Shown: positions 45,839 through 54,538 of the stretch, one piece after another | How positions within the stretch are numbered: position 1 is the first letter of the stretch | How the letters are laid out: every line of letters begins with the position of its first letter | Source of the DNA: a virus | Lineage: Duplodnaviria > Caudoviricetes | IMG/VR virus record: IMGVR_UViG_3300046460_000097 | Length of the DNA: 64,000 nt | Direction: 5' to 3' (one strand) | Program-made: the position numbers and the translations under genes | Notes under the pieces: model-generated | The model's input: only the letters and a program-made list of their open reading frames with translations | Told to the model about the DNA's origin: nothing | Databases searched by the model: none

Positions 45839-47854
45839 ATGGAAATCCATTCGAATCCTACCGTTTATGCTGAAATGAAAAAGCTAAACGATGACATCCT
45901 GTATCACAATGATCTTTACCACAACAAAGACACTCACGTTATTCCCCACAGTGAGTTCGATGCCATGGTAGAACGCTTTGATGAACTGGCTGAGATCTAT
46001 CCGGATATCGCCAAGTTGTTTGTTCATCAACAGAAGGCGGTTCCACTGCACGACCTGACTAACGAAGGGCTGGAGATCGTTGTATTCGATTCTCCCATGC
46101 TCAGTCTGAAGAAGGCTTTAACGTGGCCGCAGTTTGATGCTTGGCTCAACAAGTTTCCTAGCGCCGTCTATCTCGCTATTGTTTACGAGAAGAAGATTGA
46201 CGGGTTGGCGCTTGAGATCCGTTACCTCGACTGGAAACTGCACAAGATCTTTACCCGGGGTGATGGCCTAAAGGGCGAGGACGTTACCCATTCATTCCGT
46301 CTGTTCGGTAACATTCCTGCCGAGATCCCAAAGGTAGTTGGTGGTGGGTTACTGGTTCCGGGAGATCTGGTGGTTCGTGGTGAAGGGTGCATTACTATCC
46401 ATGATTTCCTGCGTTACAACGAGACTGCGGTTAAACCTGCAGCTAATCCTCGTAATGCGGTAAGTGGCTGGGTGCGTGCGCTAGAGAAGAACCAGAACAA
46501 AGACGTGGTCGGCATCCTGCAGTTCTACACCTATTGGTCTAACACCAGTATGGGAGCTGAAGATTACAACGACCTGCGTAGTTGCTGGGAGGCTATTGGC
46601 TTCTACCCTGCGCCGTTATCTTGTCTTGAAGACATCCGTAACGACTACCAAGACACTATCCTGCCAACTGATGGGATTGTGGGCAAGGTGCGTAGCTTCA
46701 CCGTGCAGGAAGCGCTCGGCTACACTAACAAGCACCCTAACTGGGCGATTGCGTACAAGTTCCCAGATGAAGAGAAGGAATCCCCTCTCGAACGTGTTAT
46801 CTGGCAAACCTCTATGACGGGCCGTGTTGTACCCGTCGTGGAATACACCCCTATTGAGTTAGGTGGTGTAACTTGTCGTCGGGCCAATCTGGATAACTAC
46901 CACCAATTCATGGCGTTGGAACTTCATGAAGATTCTGTACTGGGTATTACGCGTAACGGGAATGTTATTCCTCGTGTTAGCCGTGTTGTCGATCGTGGGT
47001 TTGGTAGTCGCCTTAAAGCTCCTGTGGAATGCCCTAGCTGCAATTCCAAGCTGGAGCTGAAGACAGGGAAGACTAGCACTGACCTCGTCTGTAAGAACGT
47101 CATAGGCTGTTCTAGCCAGCTTCTTAACCGCTGTGTATCGTTGGTTAACAAACGTTGCCTCGATATCGACGGGTTAGGACCGGTGCAGTTGGGTGAACTG
47201 ATTACCCACAAGAAGATCAGCAGTACCGCAGACCTCTTCATGATGACTCCTCAGCATGTGGGGGATAAACTGTACGCAGAGATTCAAGGCAGTCGTATTC
47301 AGTTCCTGCATCGTGCTATCAAGGCGCTGGGGCTTCCTGGGATCGACCTGATCCGTGCGAAGAAGATTGCCAAGGCCATGAGTCATATCAAGGTTGATGG
47401 TGACGTGGACAGCCGCGGGGACATGTTGCACTTCATCGGTAATGTAGACAACCTCGTAAAGATCCCGGGTATCTCTACCGGTATCGCACTTCCTATCGCG
47501 AAAACGTTGGAAGACAATGCTTTCTGGAAGAACGCCCTTAACGTATTGATGTACTTGGACATTCTGCCGGAAGGTGACACCGATAACGATCTCAAGGTTT
47601 GTATAACGGGGGAGCTGGGACTATCTCGTGACGAACTGATTGATTACTTTGCCGATCAAGGTATCGAATTGGTGGACAACCTCACCAAGAGCTGTGTCGC
47701 TTTGATCGTGGGTGAGAAGCCCGGAAACGTCAAGCTGTTAAAGGCAACTGAGCTAGGTATCTTTATGGTGAATTCTGATAAAGCATCTAGCATCGATAAC
47801 CTGATCGAACAGATCAAGAACCACAACCAAGGGGACGTGCATGACAACCGCTAA
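45839..47854 (+). CDS. ligA: NAD+-dependent DNA ligase
   Basis: Ia domain YHN...D..FD, motif I KIDG, TRGDG..GEDVT, WAIAYKF, OB fold, C4 zinc finger (CPSC...C...C), HhH and BRCT. Confidence 0.95.
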   Translation: MEIHSNPTVYAEMKKLNDDILYHNDLYHNKDTHVIPHSEFDAMVERFDELAEIYPDIAKLFVHQQKAVPLHDLTNEGLEIVVFDSPMLSLKKALTWPQFDAWLNKFPSAVYLAIVYEKKIDGLALEIRYLDWKLHKIFTRGDGLKGEDVTHSFRLFGNIPAEIPKVVGGGLLVPGDLVVRGEGCITIHDFLRYNETAVKPAANPRNAVSGWVRALEKNQNKDVVGILQFYTYWSNTSMGAEDYNDLRSCWEAIGFYPAPLSCLEDIRNDYQDTILPTDGIVGKVRSFTVQEALGYTNKHPNWAIAYKFPDEEKESPLERVIWQTSMTGRVVPVVEYTPIELGGVTCRRANLDNYHQFMALELHEDSVLGITRNGNVIPRVSRVVDRGFGSRLKAPVECPSCNSKLELKTGKTSTDLVCKNVIGCSSQLLNRCVSLVNKRCLDIDGLGPVQLGELITHKKISSTADLFMMTPQHVGDKLYAEIQGSRIQFLHRAIKALGLPGIDLIRAKKIAKAMSHIKVDGDVDSRGDMLHFIGNVDNLVKIPGISTGIALPIAKTLEDNAFWKNALNVLMYLDILPEGDTDNDLKVCITGELGLSRDELIDYFADQGIELVDNLTKSCVALIVGEKPGNVKLLKATELGIFMVNSDKASSIDNLIEQIKNHNQGDVHDNR

Positions 47855-49505
47855 GACCAAGAAGCTGGACCATAACGAAGTCCAGAAGCAAACCACCGCC
47901 GCTGTTAAAGCGCTACCGAAAGACGTCAAGGAAGAACTGGATGAACTCGTTACAAAGAACATCGAAGCCAACAAAGGCAAAGCAGTGGCCAAAGCGGTTG
48001 CAGCGGCTGAAGAATCTCTCACACAAAGTGAAGATGTTTCTAAAGGTGGCAGTAAGCTGATCATGGAAACGGGTCTGACTTCGGTCATCCACATTACTCC
48101 GGCACAGGCACGTATGCTGACCGCCAACTCTGGCGACGTACTGCGTGAAATTAACAAGAAGACCGGCGTGTCGTTGGAAGTGGCTGAAGACGGCGAAGTG
48201 AAGATCAAGGGTGACACGGCAAAAGCGATTGATCTGGCGCACTCGTTTATCTTGGACGTGATAACCACTCCTGGTGAACTGGTTGCTACTCTTGATAGCG
48301 GTACCGGTAAGGTCATCGACTACCGTCTGAAGCGCCCGCTGACGTTTGAAGAACGCGAGCTGCTGCCAAAGCCATGGGTGATCATTGACGGTGTCCAGAT
48401 CGAACCCAAGGCGACCGGTCTCAAGTTGTCTGGCGGGCGTATTGTCCCTAACCAAACACCGTTGACCTATGAGCGTGACGTCTACATCAACTACTACGGC
48501 GCTGACTCCAAAGACCTGACATTCACTCAGTTCGCGGTGGTCATCAACGGCCGTACTGTTACCGTCATGCTCGATGAGAAGTCGACTCTGGAAGTCACCA
48601 ACACCTACTTCGGTAGCGAACGGTCTGACTCCGATGCAGCAATCCAGCGTAATGCACTGGTGACCCTCATCAACTCCAGCAGCCGTAACGACAGCTTCTT
48701 CGGCGACAACCTGTTGATCGGTCTCGAGTCGACGTATAGCTCGTACACCGATGCCTGCGTCAGCAAGACCCTCACTGGCAGCTACCGCGCCAAGACACCG
48801 CCGCCGATCGTTGACCTGCCGTGGGACTCTCGTGGTGCCAGCTTTGGCACGGACCGTAATAAGGTCTCTCACACTACTTTCCGCCAAGCGTTGATCGAAG
48901 GCACCATCTTGGCATCTGGTGTGTACAAGAATGTGCAGATCTTTGCGTCGACTATCAAGAGTGAGCATTCCGTTACGTTTGAGAACGTGAGCATGGACGG
49001 TGACACTATCAAGGCGAAGTCTATCGTCATGAAGCACACCACCACCAAGGGCTTCCGTTTGATGACCGATGGGCCGGTGTTGATTGTTAACACTCGCTTT
49101 AAAGATGTTGCTCCGGTTCTCCCTGGGCTGTACATGCCGAACAAGTTCTGTGCGTTGCAGATCGATTTGCCGCTCGGTCAGTTGTCCATGTACCGTGAAA
49201 GCAAAGAAAAGATTTGCCTGACGGTCAACTCGTACATTTCGGTCGTGATGAATCTGGACGATGACTTCGACACGATCGAAGAGAAGGTTGCCGAGCTGAT
49301 GACCAAGTCTGCCGGCGGCTGGGGGAATACTTCCGGCATCGATCCGAAAGACAACGATCCGCTGACCCGCAATCTGATGATATATGTGGTGGCTGCTATC
49401 CGCTCCCGCATCAAGGTCATCAAACTGTTGGACAGTGCTATCAAGGTGGCTGAAACCATCACCGCAACCGGTCGTGACGACTACTACGATCAACAACCGT
49501 TCTGA
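47841..49505 (+). CDS. PNPase-like KH domain fused to a beta-repeat domain
   Basis: IHITPAQARMLTANSGDVLREINKKTGVSLEVAEDGEVKI resembles the PNPase KH segment; remainder is paralogous to 49573..50559. Confidence 0.6.
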   Translation: MTTAKTKKLDHNEVQKQTTAAVKALPKDVKEELDELVTKNIEANKGKAVAKAVAAAEESLTQSEDVSKGGSKLIMETGLTSVIHITPAQARMLTANSGDVLREINKKTGVSLEVAEDGEVKIKGDTAKAIDLAHSFILDVITTPGELVATLDSGTGKVIDYRLKRPLTFEERELLPKPWVIIDGVQIEPKATGLKLSGGRIVPNQTPLTYERDVYINYYGADSKDLTFTQFAVVINGRTVTVMLDEKSTLEVTNTYFGSERSDSDAAIQRNALVTLINSSSRNDSFFGDNLLIGLESTYSSYTDACVSKTLTGSYRAKTPPPIVDLPWDSRGASFGTDRNKVSHTTFRQALIEGTILASGVYKNVQIFASTIKSEHSVTFENVSMDGDTIKAKSIVMKHTTTKGFRLMTDGPVLIVNTRFKDVAPVLPGLYMPNKFCALQIDLPLGQLSMYRESKEKICLTVNSYISVVMNLDDDFDTIEEKVAELMTKSAGGWGNTSGIDPKDNDPLTRNLMIYVVAAIRSRIKVIKLLDSAIKVAETITATGRDDYYDQQPF

Positions 49506-49521
49506 TCCTTAACCTCTATAT

Positions 49522-49549
49522 GCCTGTCGAGTTTAATTACTCGGCGGGC
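49522..49549 (+). terminator. Hairpin
   Basis: gcctgtcgagt-ttaatt-actcggcgggc. Confidence 0.5.
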
Positions 49550-49572
49550 TATAGCTATGTGGAGTGTTCTTT

Positions 49573-50559
49573 ATGGCTATTAGCAAAGCAACCGTACTTT
49601 TGGACGGCGTAGAAGTTTCTCCAGTCGATACCGAGCACATGCCTAACCCTGACGGTAACGGTCCTGACTGGGTGCCGATTGGTGGCGTGTTCAGTTTGTT
49701 CGAAGTGGAGCTTAAAGGCTACGTGCTTCGGATGTGTCTGGACAGTGAGTCCTTGGTTGATCTGGACTCTGAACACAAGTTCTTTAAGCGACTGGCTATG
49801 TGCGACGATGATCTTCCGGATGCGCCTTGCATCTTGGCTGATATCGTTTTGATCAACTCGCAAATCGTCGACAGTGCGTTTGCCGGTGTCAGTACGTTTA
49901 CTAACGTCGTTCTTGAAAACTGCTGTGTGGTTAACTCCACTATGCTGTACAACGAGAGGTGGGGCAACCTGCAATTCAGGACGATCAAGAACGCCCTTAT
50001 TGAAACGTGTTATCTCGAAGATAACACGATCCGTAGTTCGTGCCGTGCGCTTACCTTGCGTAACAGCAGCTTGGTCGGCAACGATATCGAAAACCATGGT
50101 GTGGGTATTCTCATTGAGGATAGCACCATCGATAACTCCACCTTTGACGTGGGGAATGTCTTCGATATCTACACCAGCGTTCTGAGCAACGTTGTTCTGA
50201 CGGTGAAGGGCTTCATGCGACTCACCAATCAGCGCTTGGAGAATGTTGAGTTCCACGCCGACAGCTTGGACCTTTACAACAAGTTCTGCTCGTTCTCGTT
50301 GGAACTTGATACCGGGCGGTTGCAGTTCCATATGGCCCGTACTGACAGTGGTGCTCTTTCGATGGAAGGGTACGAAGACGTCATTGATGTGGATGATCCG
50401 GATTACAGGGAGAAATTGATTCGCCTGTTGAAACATTCTGGTCACCCTATCCCTGAAGATGTGGCCGAGTATATTGATGCGTGTGTTAAATCACGTCTCA
50501 GTGTACTGAAGAAGATTGATGACGCTAAACAGGCGGAGTTCATGCGAGCATTGGAATAA
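49573..50559 (+). CDS. Beta-helix-like repeat protein, paralog of the upstream gene
   Basis: ATG 49573 after GGAG; periodic I/V-x-N/D-S pattern; shares the NKFC motif and the terminal SR..V.K..D.A helix with 47841..49505. Confidence 0.6.
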   Translation: MAISKATVLLDGVEVSPVDTEHMPNPDGNGPDWVPIGGVFSLFEVELKGYVLRMCLDSESLVDLDSEHKFFKRLAMCDDDLPDAPCILADIVLINSQIVDSAFAGVSTFTNVVLENCCVVNSTMLYNERWGNLQFRTIKNALIETCYLEDNTIRSSCRALTLRNSSLVGNDIENHGVGILIEDSTIDNSTFDVGNVFDIYTSVLSNVVLTVKGFMRLTNQRLENVEFHADSLDLYNKFCSFSLELDTGRLQFHMARTDSGALSMEGYEDVIDVDDPDYREKLIRLLKHSGHPIPEDVAEYIDACVKSRLSVLKKIDDAKQAEFMRALE

Positions 50560-50569
50560 GAGAGATGAA

Positions 50570-51058
50570 ATGAGCAAATCAAAACCAGACACTATTGTTT
50601 ACAAGGTGCATACCGATGGCAGTGCCTTGGGCAATCCGGGGCCTGGTGGTTATGCGTTGGTAGTGAGATGCGGAGACGCGGAGGTCGTCACACTCTCGAA
50701 AGGCTACTTCAAAACAACAAACAACCGGATGGAATTGCTGGCCATCATTGTGCTGCTGGAGACTTACGGAGCCCCGGGGAACTTCTTTGACGTATACACG
50801 GATTCGATGTACGTCATTGATGGGGCTACGAAGTGGCACAAGAGTTGGGCTAGAAATAACTGGATCACTTGGCGGACTCAACAGCCCGTCAAGAATGCCG
50901 ACCTGTGGAAGCGCGTAGAACCTCTGTTGAAAGCTAACAAGGTGAAGTTCACGCACGTGCGCGCTCACACAGGTATTCCGGATAACGAAATGGCGGATAA
51001 GCTAGCCAAGGAAGCGGCAGCGGCTCCTACCGAAATCGACGAAGGCTTCATGGGGTGA
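50570..51058 (+). CDS. rnhA: Ribonuclease HI
   Basis: TDGSALGNPGPGG, TNNRMEL, TDSMYV, KNADLW, HVRAHTG..DNEMADKLA. Confidence 0.95.
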   Translation: MSKSKPDTIVYKVHTDGSALGNPGPGGYALVVRCGDAEVVTLSKGYFKTTNNRMELLAIIVLLETYGAPGNFFDVYTDSMYVIDGATKWHKSWARNNWITWRTQQPVKNADLWKRVEPLLKANKVKFTHVRAHTGIPDNEMADKLAKEAAAAPTEIDEGFMG

Positions 51059-51061
51059 TGG

Positions 51062-51460
51062 ATGAATCTATTAACCGCAAAGATGGTGGTACAGCGCTTT
51101 CACGGGTTGAGTTACGGGGAAGCGCTGAAGGTAGCCGAACACAGTGAAGGGATCTTGGCACAGATGGATGTGCATGATCCCGCATGGGCGCGTTTTAATA
51201 AGGAACGCTATGACATGTACCGACTGTGTGAGGCACATGACGAGCTGTCTGAGAATAAGCAAAACCACCACTTGGTTGAGTTCTGTTGTATTGTATCGTA
51301 TGATAAAGGTAGCGTAACCAAAGAAGTTACGTACTGGATCAACAAGAACGTCAACCCCCGCGACTACGTTAAAGCCGCCCAGGAACAATGTGTTGAAAAC
51401 TTGCATAAAGCAAAGGTTAAACACGATGTCTGGAAGGACCTCGAAATCGTGCCTGTTTAA
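51062..51460 (+). CDS. Hypothetical protein
   Basis: 132 aa, in the operon between RNase H and DHH. Confidence 0.6.
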   Translation: MNLLTAKMVVQRFHGLSYGEALKVAEHSEGILAQMDVHDPAWARFNKERYDMYRLCEAHDELSENKQNHHLVEFCCIVSYDKGSVTKEVTYWINKNVNPRDYVKAAQEQCVENLHKAKVKHDVWKDLEIVPV

Positions 51461-51471
51461 AAGGACTGCTC

Positions 51472-52359
51472 GTGACTTCACCTAATAATCACGTTGTATG
51501 TATTTACCACGATCACTGCTTGGATGGTATCGCAGCTGCGTGGGTGGTTTGGCGACATTTCAAAAACCTCGGGTTGGAGATCACTCTGATTCCCGGGGTT
51601 TACAATAAGCCGCTGCCAGAAGGTTTGGCAGGCAAGACTGTTTTCGTTGTCGACTTCAGCTTTGACCGTGAGAAGACGGAGTGGTTGATTGAAAACACCA
51701 ACCTGGTTCTGCTCGATCACCACAAGTCGGCTAAGAAGGCGCTCCAAGGCTTGTGTGAGGTCGATCTGACTTATTCTGGTGCGATGCTAGCTTGGCGGTA
51801 CTTCAACCCCAACACGCCGGCTCCAGAAGCTATCCGTTACGTTGAAGATAACGACCTGTGGAAGTTTACCTACCCTAGCACCAAAGCGTGGGTAACTGCG
51901 GCGTTCTCTTATCCGCTGACCGTAGAGATCTTCGACTCGTTGGTTAACCGTGATCCACTGGACATGGTAGCCGAGGGCGAAACCCTTCTGCGTAAACAGC
52001 GGCAGGACATTAAGCGTATCTTGCACAATACCCGGACCATGATTGTTTTCGGTATGGAAGTTCCGGTGATTAACGCCAACATCATGTTCACATCTGATCT
52101 TGGCGATGCCTTGTACCACGTCTATCCGCTGGTTGTGATTTACTCCGACCAAGCCGACGGACGTAAGTTCTCGTTCCGCAGTAAAAAGGTTACAGGTTAT
52201 CCGGTAAACGAGATTGCTGAATATTTCGGTGGCGGCGGCCATGGTGAAGCAGCAAGTTTCACGCTTCCATTCTCTGATAAGCGTTTCGCCAAATCGCACA
52301 TGATGTTGAACCGGTCTATCTGGGACTGCGTCAAGTTGTACTTCAAGAACTTGTTCTAA
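51472..52359 (+). CDS. DHH/DHHA1 family phosphoesterase (NrnA/NrnB-like)
   Basis: YHDHCLDG, VVDFS, LLDHHKSA, VEDNDLW and DHHA1 GGGGHGEAAS motifs. Confidence 0.9.
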   Translation: MTSPNNHVVCIYHDHCLDGIAAAWVVWRHFKNLGLEITLIPGVYNKPLPEGLAGKTVFVVDFSFDREKTEWLIENTNLVLLDHHKSAKKALQGLCEVDLTYSGAMLAWRYFNPNTPAPEAIRYVEDNDLWKFTYPSTKAWVTAAFSYPLTVEIFDSLVNRDPLDMVAEGETLLRKQRQDIKRILHNTRTMIVFGMEVPVINANIMFTSDLGDALYHVYPLVVIYSDQADGRKFSFRSKKVTGYPVNEIAEYFGGGGHGEAASFTLPFSDKRFAKSHMMLNRSIWDCVKLYFKNLF

Positions 52360-52371
52360 AGGAAGACAAGA

Positions 52372-52821
52372 ATGGAGCTCAATTATAGCTACGTCAGCGT
52401 CCAACTCAAATCCGAGTTTCAAGCTGATGTAATCGCTCGTTTACTGGAAGCCGGTATTACACCGGAGTCTAAGCACGAGTTGCACTGCACAATGATCTAT
52501 GACGACCGCGACATTGAGAAACCTCTCTGTGCCTTGTTGCCAGAAAAGGAATTCACCGCGAGCATCATTAAGCTGGAACCTTTGGGCGACGGCATCGTTT
52601 TCCATTTGACTGGTAAGGAACTGAACGATGAGTTCCGCCGGTTGAAGGATGCGGGCTACCAGCACTCGTTTGGTACTCCCCTGTTTCACATGTCGTTGAA
52701 GTATGACTTCGACAAATACGACATCATGGCAATCAATGCGGCCTTCTCTGATTGGATGGGGCGCCAACTGGTTTTCAACAACGAATGCTTCGGCTACAAG
52801 AAAGTTAAGAAGGCAGCATGA
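52372..52821 (+). CDS. acb1: 2H phosphoesterase, Acb1 (T4 gp57B)-like anti-CBASS nuclease candidate
   Basis: 149 aa with two HxT/S motifs (LHCTMIY at H38; HSFGTPLFHMSLKY at H106); size and spacing resemble T4 57B (IHSTICY; HDFDDYTPHITLSY). Confidence 0.7.
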   Translation: MELNYSYVSVQLKSEFQADVIARLLEAGITPESKHELHCTMIYDDRDIEKPLCALLPEKEFTASIIKLEPLGDGIVFHLTGKELNDEFRRLKDAGYQHSFGTPLFHMSLKYDFDKYDIMAINAAFSDWMGRQLVFNNECFGYKKVKKAA

Positions 52822-53129
52822 TGACCAACAACCCATTCCACAGCAAGTTCATGGCCGGAAGCAAGGCTAACATTGTTAATGCATTCTCCGTTAAAGAGAA
52901 CATTGGCAAAACTGTTGAGTTAATACAGTTCGTACCTCCGGGTACTTCTGCGTTCTACCGCGATGGCTACTTCGATGGTCATGAAGGTGGTTGCTGGATT
53001 GTTAAGGGTGAAGATCTGATCCGTTGTACTGAGGGTGGTAACATCCCAAGCCCTATCTGTGCTGTTGATCCATTGCACCTCGAATTGAACCACGTAGCAA
53101 CCTTGCGCATGCGTACCAAGACAGCCTGA
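52818..53129 (+). CDS. Hypothetical protein, paralog of 54624..54995
   Basis: ENIGKTVELIQFV...YRDGYF...GCWIVKGEDL. Confidence 0.65.
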   Translation: MMTNNPFHSKFMAGSKANIVNAFSVKENIGKTVELIQFVPPGTSAFYRDGYFDGHEGGCWIVKGEDLIRCTEGGNIPSPICAVDPLHLELNHVATLRMRTKTA

Positions 53130-53135
53130 TCTACT

Positions 53136-53171
53136 TATACCCCTACCAGCCTCCGGGTTGGTAGGGGTATA
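53136..53171 (+). terminator. Terminator hairpin
   Basis: tatacccctaccagcc-tccg-ggttggtaggggtata. Confidence 0.75.
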
Positions 53172-53193
53172 GGGTTATAATTGCTTTTCGTTA

Positions 53194-53239
53194 TTTTTAA
53201 GTTACAGTTAATCTCACGTCTATATTACTTGTGGGATAA
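53194..53239 (+). promoter_or_regulatory. Bipartite early-type promoter (copy B)
   Basis: TTTTTAAGTTACA-N12-TCTATATTACTTGTGGGATAA, identical core to 17218-17263. Confidence 0.75.
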
Positions 53240-53296
53240 GTCATAAAGATTAATTGCATTGACAGTTAATCGAATTCACTCGATAGGAGTCGCACC

Positions 53297-54523
53297 ATGA
53301 ACGATCGTAACTCGGCTGTTGACCACATGGTTAAAAACATTGTGGGCGTTATTACTGAACTTCGCTCTAAAGGTTCTGCCCAGGATGTACAGCTGGGTTA
53401 CCTGAAAGGCAAGTTGTTCGATGCTGAATTCGTTGACCCTGCACAGCGGCCACATCTGCTGAAGCTGGTTAACAAAGGTCTCGGCACCAACTGGTCGATG
53501 AACAACGTCAAACGTGCAGACCTCAGTCTGTCCGAACAAGGCGATGCTGTTCTGATCCAAGTCGATACCAAACACGTAATCGTGGATGAACTTCACGGTT
53601 CCGTAAACCTCGGTGGTACTGGCCCTCAAGAAGCCAGCTTCATCGAGAAAGCTCCTGCTATCACCGGCGATGCTCAAGCAGCCATTGAGCAAAGCCAAGC
53701 AACTGCAGCACCGGCTGACACCGCTTCACAAGCAGCGCCTGCTGCAGCTGTTCAACAACAAACTCAAACCACTTCTGCTGACAAGGATAACACCATGAAA
53801 AATTCCAACGCTAACACCGCTACCAACAACACCAACGAAAACCTGGCTCAAGGCACCACTGAACAAGTGGAGTTCCTGATGGGCTGCCAGATGGTCGGTC
53901 GCAATACCGCTGAACTGCGCTGCATCGCATGGCAGGGTTTCCTGGGTAACGTGGTAGGTCAACCACACGCTGAAGCTTTCAACGAGTTCAGCAAGGCATC
54001 CGACTCCCAGGACACCGACACCATCATCTTCAACTTCTGCGACCAGAACTCCGAAGTCGGCAAGCAGTTCATGGGCTGGATGATGATCAACCCTGTGACC
54101 GCAGCCACCGACGCCGAAGTTGCAGCAATGTCGAAATCGCGCTTCAGCATCATGGGCGATCGTGACGAAGGCATCCGCACCTCCTGGGTCGCTGCCGGTG
54201 CAGCAGTAGTCGGCGGTGGTCTGGAAATGACTGCACGCGGCGGTCTGACTCTGGGCGCCGGTTTGGGCACTGTAGTCGGTGGCGTTGCAGCATTCTTCGC
54301 TGGCGAGCAAGTTGATCAGCACGTTGAAGGCCAGTTCGGTCGTTACGTTGCTGGTGGCGTGATCGGCATGGGTCTGGGCGCTCTGGGTGCGGCCGCTGGT
54401 CGTGCAATGCTGCCGGGTAAAGCTGTCAGCGGTTTCGGCGGTGGTGACACAGTTCCTGAGATCGGTGGCCAACCAGTACCGGCTCTGCCAGCTGGCGCGG
54501 TGAACTTCTCAGTCCAACTGTAA
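53297..54523 (+). CDS. Multidomain protein with C-terminal glycine-zipper membrane domain
   Basis: 408 aa, AGGAG RBS, A/Q/T-rich linker, C-terminal G/A-rich hydrophobic helices homologous to 17307..17654; possible internal start at 53795. Confidence 0.75.
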   Translation: MNDRNSAVDHMVKNIVGVITELRSKGSAQDVQLGYLKGKLFDAEFVDPAQRPHLLKLVNKGLGTNWSMNNVKRADLSLSEQGDAVLIQVDTKHVIVDELHGSVNLGGTGPQEASFIEKAPAITGDAQAAIEQSQATAAPADTASQAAPAAAVQQQTQTTSADKDNTMKNSNANTATNNTNENLAQGTTEQVEFLMGCQMVGRNTAELRCIAWQGFLGNVVGQPHAEAFNEFSKASDSQDTDTIIFNFCDQNSEVGKQFMGWMMINPVTAATDAEVAAMSKSRFSIMGDRDEGIRTSWVAAGAAVVGGGLEMTARGGLTLGAGLGTVVGGVAAFFAGEQVDQHVEGQFGRYVAGGVIGMGLGALGAAAGRAMLPGKAVSGFGGGDTVPEIGGQPVPALPAGAVNFSVQL

Positions 54524-54538
54524 TCCGGACTGATGTAA

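Noticed and set aside
47913-49496. 527-aa antisense ORF, and similar shadows at 13146-14348, 15864-17117 and 55947-57083
   Set aside because: In-register shadow ORFs of codon-biased sense genes; no independent expression signals.
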